Shown here piece by piece: positions 36,725-49,712 of a DNA stretch of 64,000 bases. The translations under genes were made by a program, and so were the position numbers. The notes under the pieces were generated by a model. The model was not told the DNA's origin. It saw only the letters and a list, made by a program, of their open reading frames with translations, and did not search any database. The first letter of the stretch is position 1; every line of letters begins with the position of its first letter. The DNA lies in the NCBI RefSeq assembly GCF_016433145.1, contig NC_058132.1, forward strand, positions 87,450,549 to 87,514,548, written 5' to 3'. This DNA comes from Gracilinanus agilis (Eukaryota).

Positions 36725-39594
36725 GTGATGTTGATGATGCACCATTTTAGTTTTTCAGTGTGCTTTATATTCATAATTTCATTTGTGCATACCAACAATT
36801 TTGACTATAAGATACCTCACAAGGCCTGGCATTTACTGCCCAATTGTACTTGGGCAAATTTCTCAGCCTCTAAGTCTGGGAATGTGGGGGATCAAATCCT
36901 CCATTCATAAATGAAAAGGTTAGGATATAATAATACTAATAGTAAAATAATAAATAGCTTACATTCATGTAGCTTTAAGATTTGCAAGGTGCTTTACACA
37001 GATGGTCTCATTTGATCCTCCCAACATTTCAGTGAAATCTTTGCTGCTTAGATGTGGAATATGAGTTCCGTCGAGGTTAAATGATTTTCCCAGGATTAAT
37101 GAGAAAAGGATATAAATTTTTGAGTCTATCAGTCATTCAGCACATAATGATTAAATATCTTATATATCCTGGGTACTATACTAAGTATTAAGGATTAAAA
37201 GTTAAAAGTATTTTTTTCTTCCAGAGCAGGTTTAAGATTTATATCTTAACATGTTCACATCATAACCTATGTATTATATAAATGTTTATATACACACAAT
37301 GCATTTGTATGTAATATGCATTGCATATACATATATGTGTCTGTATATGATAACTCCAAAGTAGGATTAAGGCAATTATGTTTGGGAAGGCACTACTAAT
37401 TGGGGAAAGTGGGACCAGAAGAGGCTAATTTTGATTTTATAATTCTGTGTACTTAAACAGTTTGTCTAACTGTTCTGGATCTCATTTCCCTCATGAATCA
37501 AATGAGATTATACATATAAGACTGATCCCAGGACAAAAATTTTGTTTTTAAAATTTTGAATGAAAATCTTTTTCTTCCTTTAACTTATAAAATAGTTGTC
37601 CTATCAACTGGGGTTACACAGAATAAGTCTAGTTTCTCCATCACCTAAAACTCCGTAGAATTTATGAAGATGCTTCTCATGTCTCCTATAAAACCTGCTC
37701 TCATTTAAGCTAAAAACCCTCAGATGTCCAGAAAATACATTTAATGTGGTATCACCAAACTATAATTCTAGTAGTTTTCCTCTGATTCATCTTTTCAATA
37801 GCCATTATAGATCATGACATTTAAAATGTAGACAGAAACAAAAGATACAAATTTTAGATGTAAAACTGGAGAGAGTAGAAGACCTTAACCATCTTTCTTC
37901 CTCAAAACACTCAGCCTCTATTAATGGAGCCTCAAAACATAATTCATCATATTCATCTGTGTGGGAGACAAACAGATGAATGTGAAGATGTTTTTAATTC
38001 AGATTTAGTCTTCTTATATCATAATGTAAGATTCTGAAATGTTTACCTCTTTGCTATGCACAAAGTAAATTTTGTCATTACTGAGAATGTATTTCCATGG
38101 AGATTCCTTCTATGGTCGTAAGGGCTTTACACACAAAATAGTAGAGATTGAGCAACACCATGTAACTGTAATTTTGTACAATGCTAACATACCATTGAAG
38201 AAAAATTTCCCAATTTCTCTGTGATGCTTCCATCTTTCAATAGTTAACAAACAAATTAATCAACGACCACTTATTATGTGTGTACTATGTGCTTGATTAT
38301 GCTCAAAGCTAGAGTTAGAATTAAAATTTGAAAAGTGTCTATATTTGAGGAACTTAACGTTTAATCCAGGAGCTATCATGTCCATTAATGAGTATATAAA
38401 GGAAACATACCAAAAAGATATAAGATAATGTGAAAGCCAAGAAATTTCTCTACAAGAAGCTGGTACTTGACCTGATTATTGAAAGCATCTAGGAATTCCA
38501 GGACATAGAAGTTCAAATGCTTAGCATCCTACAGGTATGGTGTGGGTCTGGGAAGCCTATATAAAGACTTGGAGATCCTATTATTTATATATTCAGTATG
38601 GCAAGGAGACCAAATGATTAGAGTATATATGAAGGAATTACTCTTAAAAATAGACTAGAGACATATGGTGAAGTGACATTTTATCCTAGAGACAAAATGA
38701 AGACATTGAAATTTCCTGAGCAGAGAAGTTCTACATTTTATCAATTGTCTAAATGATGGTCTAGAAAAATAAGTAGATTCTGAGAAACCAGGTAGAGATA
38801 TAAGTCAGAGTCCTGTCAATAGGTAATAGCACCGTTCAAATTCATGTAACCAGAATAATTCATTTTACCTCTTAGGATCATCTCTTTATCTTGTGTGGTG
38901 ATGAACTCTTCCCTTATACATCTGAGAGGTAAATTTTTCCACCTTTACAGTAATTTTCTTATATCAGTTTTTATTTACAAATCATGCACCTATTTTGATT
39001 TTATCTGGAGATACTGTATGATTGTTGGTTTAGGCCTAGTTTCTGCTAAAGTTTTTTCCCAGTAGTTTTTGTCAAACACTTATGTTTTGCCCTGAAAGTT
39101 TGAATTTCAGGGTTGCTCAAACACTAGATTACTACAGTCATTACTCTTATGTATCTTGTGCTTCGTCTATTTCATTGGTCATGAGTTGATCTAATTATTA
39201 TTCAAGTCCATATTGCTATGATTAAAGTATAAAACTGAACATGAGAGAAATCATCAATATCAATACATAACATATGAAGATGAATTGATACAGCATATAA
39301 ATCCATGAATAAATATAATCTATACTGAGAAAAGATATGTTTAATTTGAATAATAATATGAGACTTTAATGTTTCTCTCTCAGAGGAAAACAAACCTAAT
39401 AGAAAGATAAAGAAAAGGAAGCAATAGAATATTAAAAATTTGAAGTATTTTTATCTGAAAGAATTATGGGTTTTTTTGAGTGTCAATATAATCAAATGAT
39501 AAGTTTACAATTTAGAATTTATGTCTGGTTAATGAAAGTAGAATATATATGTGTAAAAAATCAGATATATTAGACCCATCCTTTAATTTGAGAT

Positions 39595-39610
39595 ATTATT
39601 ATCTTGACAG
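39595..39610 (+). promoter_or_regulatory. Splice acceptor of the coding exon of paralog C (exon starts 39611)
   Basis: ATTATTATCTTGACAG|GGTGACCTGCCATG, homologous to 5131-5146. Confidence 0.7.
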
Positions 39611-39621
39611 GGTGACCTGCC

Positions 39622-40572
39622 ATGAACATGGCCATCGCTAACATTACTGTCGTAAGTCACACATATTTCTACCTTCTGGGCATTCCTGGCCTGGAGGACC
39701 AGCACATCTGGATCTCAATCCCATTTGTTGCCTTCTATATTATTGCACTCCTTGGTAACATCCTCCTCATCTTCGTTGTTGTCACAGATCACAGCCTTCA
39801 TGAACCCATGTATATTTTCCTATGCATGTTGGCTGCAATTGACCTTGTGCTTTCCACCACTACAATTCCAAAAGCCATAACTATTTTTTGGTTTAATTCA
39901 GGAGGTATATCCCTGAATGGGTGTACTACTCAGTTATTCTTCATCCATGCCACTTTCGTTGCTGAATCAGGAATTCTTCTGGTAATGGCATTTGACCGCT
40001 ACATTGCAATTTGTTACCCACTGAGATACACAATGATCCTTAACACTTCAGTGATTATAAAACTTGGTATTGCTGTCTATATGAGAGGTGCTGTTACCAT
40101 ATTTCCATTAATATTCCTTGTGAAGAGGTTAACTTTCTGCAAAAACAACCTTCTCCCACACACATATTGTGAACACATTGGTTTGGCCAAGTATGCTTGT
40201 GCCAGTATTCGAGTGAATATCTGGTATGGTATATTTGTCCTTTTGATAACTGTGGTACTAGACATTTTTCTCATTGTAGCATCCTACTCTATGATTCTCC
40301 ATGCTATTTTTCGCATGCCCTCTCAGGATGCTCGTCACAAAGCACTCCAGACTTGTGGTTCCCACATCTGTGTCATCTTACTCTTTTACATCCCAGGAAT
40401 CTTCACATTTTTGGTCCAAAGATTTGGCAAACAGATCCCACCTCATATCCATATCATAATTGCTAATATCTGCATGCTGGCTCCTCCCTTAATGAACCCC
40501 ATCATATATGGGATCAAGACCAAACAGATAAAGAACAGTATATATAATTTGTTGTTTCAGAGACAAAAATGA
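39622..40572 (+). CDS. OR52B4-like: Class I olfactory receptor, OR52B4-like paralog C (316 aa, intact)
   Basis: Open 316-aa frame with LHEPMY, MAFDRYIAIC, HTYCEHIG, KALQTCGSH and PPLMNPIIY motifs. Confidence 0.93.
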   Translation: MNMAIANITVVSHTYFYLLGIPGLEDQHIWISIPFVAFYIIALLGNILLIFVVVTDHSLHEPMYIFLCMLAAIDLVLSTTTIPKAITIFWFNSGGISLNGCTTQLFFIHATFVAESGILLVMAFDRYIAICYPLRYTMILNTSVIIKLGIAVYMRGAVTIFPLIFLVKRLTFCKNNLLPHTYCEHIGLAKYACASIRVNIWYGIFVLLITVVLDIFLIVASYSMILHAIFRMPSQDARHKALQTCGSHICVILLFYIPGIFTFLVQRFGKQIPPHIHIIIANICMLAPPLMNPIIYGIKTKQIKNSIYNLLFQRQK

Positions 40573-41763
40573 ATTTAGTAGTGACAACTAAGTGGATCTT
40601 TTCTTGAAGGCATTATCCAGGAATGACAATGGTTTTGGACAAAGGGAGTATATAAAAGACCATATATGAAAATGGAGAAAATGTTGGGTCATAATTGTTT
40701 GTTGAAAAATATATGAGATTTAGAGTCTGGTGAGCTAGGTATGAATTTTGCCTCTTCTTTTGTGTATACTTGGGGACATGTGTCTTAACTTCTTTGTATT
40801 TGAGTATCCTCATGAGTTCAAATGTGACCAGTCAAATTCATGGACTGTCTTAATTTTCCTACATTTATTGAAAGTCTACCATTCTTTTCACTGTTTTATC
40901 AATTTTTGAACATCCTCAATTCCTTTTTCTCTCTTCCCTCATATAGTTATCCATTTACCATATCTTGTCTCATGTTGAGAATACATATACTTCTTACCAC
41001 CACCTCACTGTATCCTCTCTTCATGAATCCCCTCAAAGTCCATCTTCCACGTGTATCCCTTCCTCTAATGTACCCCTATAGTGCTACTGAACTGTCTTTT
41101 ATTTAAATATTTTAAATTAATATATTTTATTCTCATTTTATTTCTCCTCTATATGTATTAATGGATTTTTGTTGGTTTCCCCTTAGAATGCAAGGTCCTT
41201 GAGAGGAGAGAGTGTTTTATTTCTTTCTAATTGTCTTCCCAGAGAATAATACCTGGAACCTCATGGATACTCTTTGATTGTTTGCTTCTTTGGTGGAACC
41301 AAGGTCCATTCTACACATAAATTCTTTCATCTCTTTGGTTTTCCCAGAGATATCATAGTGCATGAACTAGGAAGAACCTTGCATAGGGAAAAAGAGGAAT
41401 TAGTTTGAGGTGCTAGCCCTGCTAAGATCACCTGTGTGATCTTAGGTGATCCACTTTATTTCTCATACTCTTAAATTCCTTATATGTACAATAAAGGGTT
41501 TAAAATAGATAATTTTAAAGATGATCTGCTAAAGAAAATTATGATGTTTTAAATAGAGTATGATGGAAAGTAATGTAAGCACAATAAAATACTTATTTTT
41601 TACATAAAAATATGTCTCTCATATGTATCTTTAAATATATAACTTTAAATTTTTATAAATATAATGATAGATTATTTGAAGTATATTACAAAATTGCCTT
41701 GTCTTTATTTTGTTTTTATGTATGTGTGTACATGTGTACACTCACATATAGTTGTGCATATAT

Positions 41764-41972
41764 NNNNNNNNNNNNNNNNNNNNNNNNNNNNNNNNNNNNN
41801 NNNNNNNNNNNNNNNNNNNNNNNNNNNNNNNNNNNNNNNNNNNNNNNNNNNNNNNNNNNNNNNNNNNNNNNNNNNNNNNNNNNNNNNNNNNNNNNNNNNN
41901 NNNNNNNNNNNNNNNNNNNNNNNNNNNNNNNNNNNNNNNNNNNNNNNNNNNNNNNNNNNNNNNNNNNNNNNN
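41764..41972. other. Assembly gap (N run)
   Basis: The paralogous interval near 26279-26375 holds an (ATCT)n array, a likely cause of the gap. Confidence 0.97.
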
Positions 41973-44459
41973 TATTATGTAAACTTTTACAGCACAATGG
42001 CTAACTTTTTTGCCCAAGCACCTAACAAAGTCTTTGGCACATATTAGAAATTAGCAATGCTTAAAATATTAACTAATATAGAAAAATGTTTTGCATGATT
42101 GCATATGTAAAATCACTATCAGATATCTTATCATCTCAAGGATGATAAAGAGTGGGGAAAGAAGGAGGGAGAGACTTTGAAACAGAATGAATAAAAATTA
42201 AAATTGTTTTTACACATACTTGGGGGAAAATAAATCATTTTTTTAAAATGTTGGTCATGTCAATCAGGTCAAGGGTTGGAGAAGAGAGAGAGACATCATG
42301 ACAGCTATTAGCAAATATGTGAAAGTCTATCATAAATTAAGGAAGATTAGGCTGTATTTTATAGGCAATAATATTAGTATCTTGAGTGAATATTACAGAG
42401 ACAAATTTGGGTGTGATGTAAATAAATCATTTCAAATAATTAGTGCTTTCAAAAAGTGGAAGGGAATACTCAGGAAGATAGGCAGTAAGGATAGATTAAT
42501 GTGTTAGTTAAGATGGAAGCATTTATATGGATTTAGTCATGTTCTCCAATAATGTGTTATTAGTTATTAGATGAAATTTCACAAGTGGAGTTACACGTTT
42601 AATCCTTGTGGTGGAGATAAGGATTGCATGAATTTAGCATCTTTAGATTTTCACTCTATCATTTGTCACTTTTATTCAAATATGTGAAGATGGATAGGTA
42701 CACAGAACTGGGTACTCTTTGTTTTTCTTTTGGTCTACTTCAGAGGCTGTCTTGAGCACAATATTTCATCATTTAATGGTCAATATTTCCTACATGAGCC
42801 CTCCAATTTAGTTAGGATTTTCCTCAGACAGCTGAAACTTTCTGTTACCAGTCTGTGCGTCCTTATCAATACTTAAGATCTACTCTCATAACTTTTCAAA
42901 AACAAAGGCTTTATTACATGATGAAGAGTCAGTCGACAATGGAAAGCAATGTTATGAGTAGCTGGCTAAACTTCTAGTTGTTTCCCCTATTAATATTTGC
43001 ACATAATTTGAAGAAGTAACATTAAGATAATCAAATCAATCAACAGAGGTTACCTATTATTAATGGCATTGATAATAACACATTGTGAGAAATAGAATAT
43101 TTATACCATGTCATTAACATGAACAATCTGAATTCATTTTTCTTCAATTGTATTTCTTTGCTATTATAGAGATGAATTTTTAAAATCCTGTTCTACGACA
43201 TCCTTTTTCACCTTGGGAGACTATAACATCTGTGAGAAATTTCATAAACCAAAGTACTTTTTTGGATGAATTACCCTTGTCTTTTAAAAAATAAATATAT
43301 TTATTATGTTGTATTATGATTTATTTTAGAAAGTTATACTTTACTGTTTTGTGAATCTCTAGGATTTTCTTTCTCTGGAGAGCTTTGATAGTTAATACCA
43401 CCTCCATCATGAATACCTACAATAAAAATAATAACAATAATTATGGATTTGTTTTTGGAAATAAGTTTTTCTGATAGCAAATCAGAATGAAATTATTACT
43501 ACAAGATATCACAGAAGAATCAACCTTTTTTTTAAAATAAAGTTTATTTTTCAGTCCCAAGTTCTTTCCTTTACTCTTCTCTAATTCTTTGAAAAGTGAG
43601 GAAAAACAAAGCCCAGTACAAATATGTATAATTATAGAAAAATTCATGCATTAGACATGTTCATAAAGCTAGAAAAAAGGAAAAAGGAAAAGAATAATAT
43701 ATGTTTTGATTTTCACTCTGAGTCCATAATTTAATTATAGGAAGATGAGTAGTATGTTTCATCTTCAGTCTTTTGGAATTGTAGTAGTCATTTTGATGAT
43801 TAGAGGTCATAAGTCTTTCAGAATTGATTGTCTTTACAATCCAACAGCTTATCAAGTGTTCACTTGGATCTGCTCATTTCACTTTGAAACAGTGCAAACT
43901 AGAAAGTCACGTCTTCCTGGATTTTCCTGAAATTAATCTCTTCATTAATTCTTACAACACAATAGTGCTCAATGCCATTCAGGTAATATAACATGATCAG
44001 TTTCTTAATAATTGATGAACATTCTCTCCATTTCCAATTCTTTGGCTCCACAAAAATAATTGCTTAAATATTTTTATGCTTATAGGGATTTTTCCTTTCT
44101 TTGATCTTTTTAGTATAGGTCTCATAGAGGTACCAGTGGTTCAAATGGTATATCTACCTTCATAGCTTTGAGTCATAGTTCCAAATTACTTTCCATAATG
44201 TCAGAACCAGTTCATAGCTCCATCAACAATGCATTAATCCATCTACTTTCCCACAACACTTGCTACTATTTCTTTCTTTTTTTGTTGTCATCAGACCCAA
44301 TCTAATGAATGTGAAGTAGTACCTCTGATTTTTAAAATTTGGATTTCTCTAATCATTAATGATTTAAAGCATTTTTTTCACTTGGCTTTTCATAGCTTAT
44401 ATTTCTTCCTTTGAAAAAAAAGACTATTCATATCATTTGTCCATTTTTCAATGGGGCAA

Positions 44460-46680
44460 TGGTTTGTTGATTGTCTATTCTATTCCACTGATTTACTTTT
44501 CTGTTTTGTAGCCAGTGGCATATAGTTTTGATTATTATTATTTTATAATTTTATTCAAAAAGTAGTATTGCTAACCCTCTTATTTTTTCATTAATTTCAT
44601 TAATATTCTTGATTTTTTGTTTTTTTCCAAATGAATTTTGATATTATTCTTTGTAGTTTTCTACTCTCTAGTTGGCAATTTATTTGGGATCACATTAAAT
44701 AAGTAGTTAGTTTAGGGAGGATTTTCATTTTGATATTATTTTCTCAGTTTCCCTGTGAACAATTAATATTTTTCAGTTATTTAAATTTGACATTATTTTT
44801 ATATAAAGTGTTTTATATATATCTAGATTATATATATGTATATATATCTCAATTTGTTTTGGCAGGTATTTTAATCTATCTATGGATAGTTAAATTTTTA
44901 CCACATCTTTTTACAGAACATTTTTGGTGATGAAATGCTGATGTTTTATGTGTGTTTTTTATATTTTGATACTTTGTTAAAATTATTGATAGCTTAAACT
45001 AAATTTTTATCTGAATTTTAAAGATTTTCTCAATATATCATCATATGTTCTATGAAAAGAGATTATTTTATTAACTCTTTGCCCATTATGATTTCTATCA
45101 TTTTTCTTCTCTGATTGCTATTGCTAAAATTTCTAACATAAAACTAAATAATATTGGTTATAATGGACTTCCTTTTTTTACTCTTCACTTTGTAGAGAAG
45201 ACTTCTAACTTATCCCCATTACAAATAATGTTTGCTGAGGATTTTAAGTATAAACTTTTCATTTTTATTTAGAAAAATCAATTTATATCTGTGCTTTCCC
45301 ATGTTTTTTATAGGAATGAATGTCGTATTTTTTCAAAAGCTTTTTTTCCTACATATATTGGTATAATCATATGATTTTTTTGTTACTTTTTGTTGATTTA
45401 ATCACTGATGCTATAGTTTCCCTAGTATGTATGCCTGGTATAAATCCTGTTTGGTATAATGTATATCTTTGTGACATATTTTTTGGTCTCCTGGCTATTA
45501 TTTAATTTAGGATTTTTGTTTTTGTATTTATTAATGAAATTGAACTATAATTTTTTTCTCTGTTTTTGCTCTTCCTAATTTAGGCATGAGCACCATATTT
45601 GTTTCATAAAAGAAGTTTTGCAAAACTCCTTCACCAATTGTTCTAAATATTTTATTTAATATTGGAATTAGATGACCATAAATGTTTGGTAAAATTTACT
45701 AAGAAATCTATTCAGTCATGAGGCTTTTAAAAATACTTTATGACGTATTCAATTTCTTTTCTAAATCATGTTTATTTAGATATTTTATTTCCTCCTTTGT
45801 AAATCTAGGCAATTTATATTTTAAGTATTTTTTACTTTTAAATATTTTCCAGTTTTTATAAACCGTTTTTCAGATAGAAGTTTAAAGTCTAAAATATATG
45901 GAGGCCCCTGTTAAATATATTAGAATATGTATCATTCCACAGTTGAAAAAAAAATCAAAAGACAATTTTAGGATAAAGAAATCAAAGATATATATAACTA
46001 CATGAAAAAGTATTTTATATAAGTACTTATTAGAGAAATGAAAATCAAAGCAACTCTGATATATCAAATACCTATCACATTGGTTAAAATGATAAAAGGG
46101 GAAAATGACAAAAATTCAAGGGGATATGGAAAGATGGGGATACTAATACACTGTGGTGAATCTGTATTCTCATTCAACCACATTGGAGAGCAATCTAGAA
46201 TTATGCTTAAAAAGTTATAAAACTATGTAAACTTTTTGGCTCAGCAATATCCTAAAAGGTTTATTTTCTATGATGATCAGGGAAAGGAGAGGATTTACAT
46301 GTTCTAAAGTATTTATATCAGCTCTCTTGGTGGTAACAAAGAACTGGAAATTGCAAGAATGTCTAATTGGTGAATGACTAAAGTTGTGGCACATGACTAT
46401 GATGGAACCCTCTCATGGCATAAGAAATGGTGAAGAGTTTAATTTTTGAGAAAACACGGAAAGATTTACATGCAATTATGAAGTGTGACATGACAAGAAC
46501 CATGAAAACATTATATAAAGCTACAGAAATATTGTTTGAAGAATGACCTATGTAAGTCCTCCTTTAGGAAAAAGATTGATAAATAGAAATATATTAAACA
46601 TAGCTTTATACAAAATGTAATTTTTTGTCAAATGATGTCTTCTCTAATGAGGACAGGGAGGGAGGATTGGAGTTGCTGTT
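44460..46680. mobile_element. Third, more diverged partial copy of the inverted L1 (lacks the LTR)
   Basis: Same strand switch near 45850; collinear with 13290-16250. Confidence 0.65.
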
Positions 46681-47780
46681 TTTTATTTTTTATTTTTTAT
46701 TTAATTTTTATAATTTTTTTATATTTTGGAAAAATTGTTTTCATGGTTACATGATTCATGTTCTTACTCTCTCTCCCCACCCATAATCCCTCCCCCTTCA
46801 TAGCCAATGTGCATTTCTACTGGTTTCTTCATGTGTAATTGATCAAGACCTATTCCCAGGGGGCAGCTGGGTAGCTCAGTGGATTGAGAGTCAGGCCTAG
46901 AGACGGGAGGCCCTAGGTTCAAATCCGGCCTCAGACACTTCCCAGCTGTGTGACCCTGGGCAAGTCACTTGACCCCCATTGCCCACCCTTACCACTCTTC
47001 CACCTAGGAGCCAATAAACAGAAGTTAAGGGTCAAAAAAAAAGATCTATTTCCATATTATTGATAGTTGTTATAGGGTGGTTGTTTAGAGTTTATATGCC
47101 AAATCATGTCCGCATAAACCCATATGTTCAAGCAGTTGTTTTTCTTCTGTGTTTCCACTGCTGTATTCTTCCTTTGAATGTGGATAGTGTTCTTTTCCAT
47201 AAATATCTCAGAATTGTCCTGGGTCATTGCATTGCTGCTAGTACAGAAGTCCATCACATTCAATTTTACTGCAGTGTATCAGTCTCTGTGTACAATGTTC
47301 TTCTGGCTCTGCTCCTTTCACTCTGCATCAATTCCTGGAGGTTATTCCACTTCACATGGAATTCCTCCAGCTTATTATTCCTTTGAGCACAATAGCATTC
47401 CATCACCAACAGATATCACAATTTGTTCAGCCACTCCCCAATTGACAGGCATACCCTTGTTTTTCAGTTTTTTTGCCACCACAAAAAGCGTGGCTATAAA
47501 TATTTTTTATAAGTCTTTTCCCCTATTATCTCTTTGGGGTACAAACCCAGTAATGGTATGGCTAGATCAAAGGGCAGACAGTCTTTTAGCTCTCTTTGGG
47601 CATAGTTCCAAATTGCCACCCAAAATGATTGGATCAATTCACAACTCCACCAGTAGTGCATTAGTGTCCCAATTTTGCCACATCCCCTCCAATATTTATT
47701 ACTCTCCCCTGCTGTCATTTTAACCAGTCTGCTAGGTGTGAGGTGATACCTCAGAGTTGTTTTGATTTGCATTTCTCTGG
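46680..47780 (-). mobile_element. 5'-truncated L1 (ORF2 C-terminus plus 3' UTR) with (TTTTTA)n tail
   Basis: Minus ORF with YWRGCGKIGTLMHYWW; 3' UTR alignable to 29900-30740. Confidence 0.88.
46859..47040 (+). mobile_element. Young opossum SINE nested in an L1 3' UTR
   Basis: TSD AAGACCTATTCCCA / AAGATCTATTTCCA. Confidence 0.92.
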
Positions 47781-47984
47781 TGTTAGCAAACAATGAGGCA
47801 TTTATGACTCATTAAAATATAATAAAAATGATTATACTGGAGAAAAATATTAAAAGGATATAATTACTAAAATTAATAAGTTAGTAATCCAAATCCAAAA
47901 TTCAAATGGTTACTCTCTTCTGCATACACAATATGCCACAGAAACAAGGTCAGGAAGACCTTCTCTATATTATTCTTGTTAGGT

Positions 47985-48430
47985 ATCAGCTAGGTTGCTC
48001 AAGGGCTAGAGCACTCAGTTTGACTACAGTCAGAAAAACTTGAGTTAAAATCTGTGCCTTAGATATTTCCTAGCTATGTGACACCAGAAAATTCAAGTAT
48101 TTTCTACCTGTCTCAGTTTCTTCTTCTTTAAAATGGAGATAATGATAGTACCTACCTCTCAGTGTAGTAACCATAAAATGCTATATAGTTTATAAAAGGG
48201 AAGGAAATAAGCATTTATATAACATCAATTTTGTGCCAGGAACTCTACTATCCATTTTTACAAATATTATCTCACTTGATTCTTAAGAAGGTAGGTAGGT
48301 GCTATCATTATATCCATTTTTAAACTGAGTAAACTGAGGTAAAGAGAGAATAAGTAAAGTGTCTAAGTTCACATAATTATTAAGTGCCTGGAGCAGGTTT
48401 TAAACTCAGGTGTTCCTAACTTCAGGTCCA
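47985..48430. mobile_element. Opposed MIR remnants
   Basis: TCTCAGTTTCTTCTTCTTTAAAATGGAGATAAT, then GAGTAAACTGAGGT. Confidence 0.6.
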
Positions 48431-49202
48431 GTACTCTGGCCAGCACACAGAGGAGTGGGGGCTGAGCACCACACACACACATATACCTACTATGTCAGGT
48501 TCTGAGCCTGGGAATAGAAGAACTTCTGGATCCAAGGATCCTGGCTATACCAATAACAGAGTACCCCACAGTCAACATCCACCCACTAAAGTCGCAAATC
48601 CTGGCACCAGCCCTCAGTGGGGTTTGAAAGTCCCTATAGCTTCACTCTTTTAAGCCTGAGCTATGATGAAGACCTAGCCCTGGGAAAAATAGCTCAAAGT
48701 GGTGAGTCTTGTAAGCTATCAGAAGAGGAGGCAAAATCATCAACTTTCATAACTCCAAATTCACAGGCAAAAAAAAATAGACCAGGAAAATAAGCAAACC
48801 AAAAACCTAGCCATAGAAAATGTTGTTGGAGACAAAGAGCAAGACATAGAGTCAATAGCAGATTGAAGTAACTGAATGCAAAACTTCAAAGAGAAATGGG
48901 AATTGGTATTATGTTTAGAAGAGCTCAAAAAGAAATTCAAAAATCAAATAAGAGAGGTAAAAGAAAAAATGGTAAAAAACAAATGAAAGTAATGTAAAAA
49001 GAAAATAATAGCTTAAAAAAGCAATATTGGTCAAATGGAAAAGGAGGCAAAAATTCCAATGAAGAAAAGAATTCAACAAAAGGAAGAATGGACCAAATGG
49101 AAAAGGAAGATCAAAAGGTCATGGAAAAAATTCATTCTTTAAAAATTAGAATTGGGCAAACAGAAGTTAATGACCTCATGAGACATTAAGAAACAATAGA
49201 AC

Positions 49203-49712
49203 TGTGTGAAGTAAATTACCTAAAGGACATATCTCAAGTACTCCAATGGAGCAACATAGGTGTAACAGAGTAATGTTTCATATGCTGGCATTCACTGGCA
49301 TTCACTGGCATCATTGTGGACATCAGCATGACTGTCAATCTAAAACATCACCACAGAGGAAGGAGCTAGTGGAGTTTAGAAGATAAGTATGGGAAGGAGA
49401 ATGTCCTTTTTACTTCTGCTCTTGAATAAATGGACTTACTGGGCTGGCATTTTGCAAGAGGCAGAGCAACATAGAGGGGACCACCCTCAACTAAAATCTT
49501 GGATCTGATCTTACCTTGAATTATTAAGGCTGNNNNNNNNNNNNNNNNNNNNNNNNNNNNNNNNNNNNNNNNNNNNNNNNNNNNNNNNNNNNNNNNNNNN
49601 NNNNNNNNNNNNNNNNNNNNNNNNNNNNNNNNNNNNNNNNNNNNNNNNNNNNNNNNNNNNNNNNNNNNTTATAAATCTAGTGATGAGCCTCCAGATCATT
49701 TTTTATTTAAAA
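49203..49712 (+). mobile_element. LTR-like insertion interrupting an L1 ORF1 (spans an N gap)
   Basis: L1 ORF1 reading (...ETIE|QNKKNE...) is split here. The insert starts TGTGTG like the other LTRs and has an internal CTGGCATTCA repeat at 49285-49313. The 3' terminus and TSD are unclear. Confidence 0.5.
49533..49668. other. Assembly gap (N run)
   Basis: Direct reading. Confidence 0.97.

Larger units (their letters stand above)
28149..43774 (+). repeat. Segmental duplication unit, copy 2 of the younger tandem duplication (contains paralog C)
   Basis: Collinear with 11451-28157. Confidence 0.85.

Noticed and set aside
41612-42047. ORFs of 76-130 aa here and at 49511-49699
   Set aside because: They run through N gaps.
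11451-43774. Tandem units as an assembly artefact or allelic haplotypes
   Set aside because: The copies differ by many substitutions, 36 amino acids and independent TSD-flanked insertions.
47178-47723. 181-aa + strand ORF and similar ORFs at 12686-13235, 30033-30873 and 54855-55118
   Set aside because: Antisense readings of L1 3' UTR and ORF2 fragments; their mutual similarity reflects the shared repeat.
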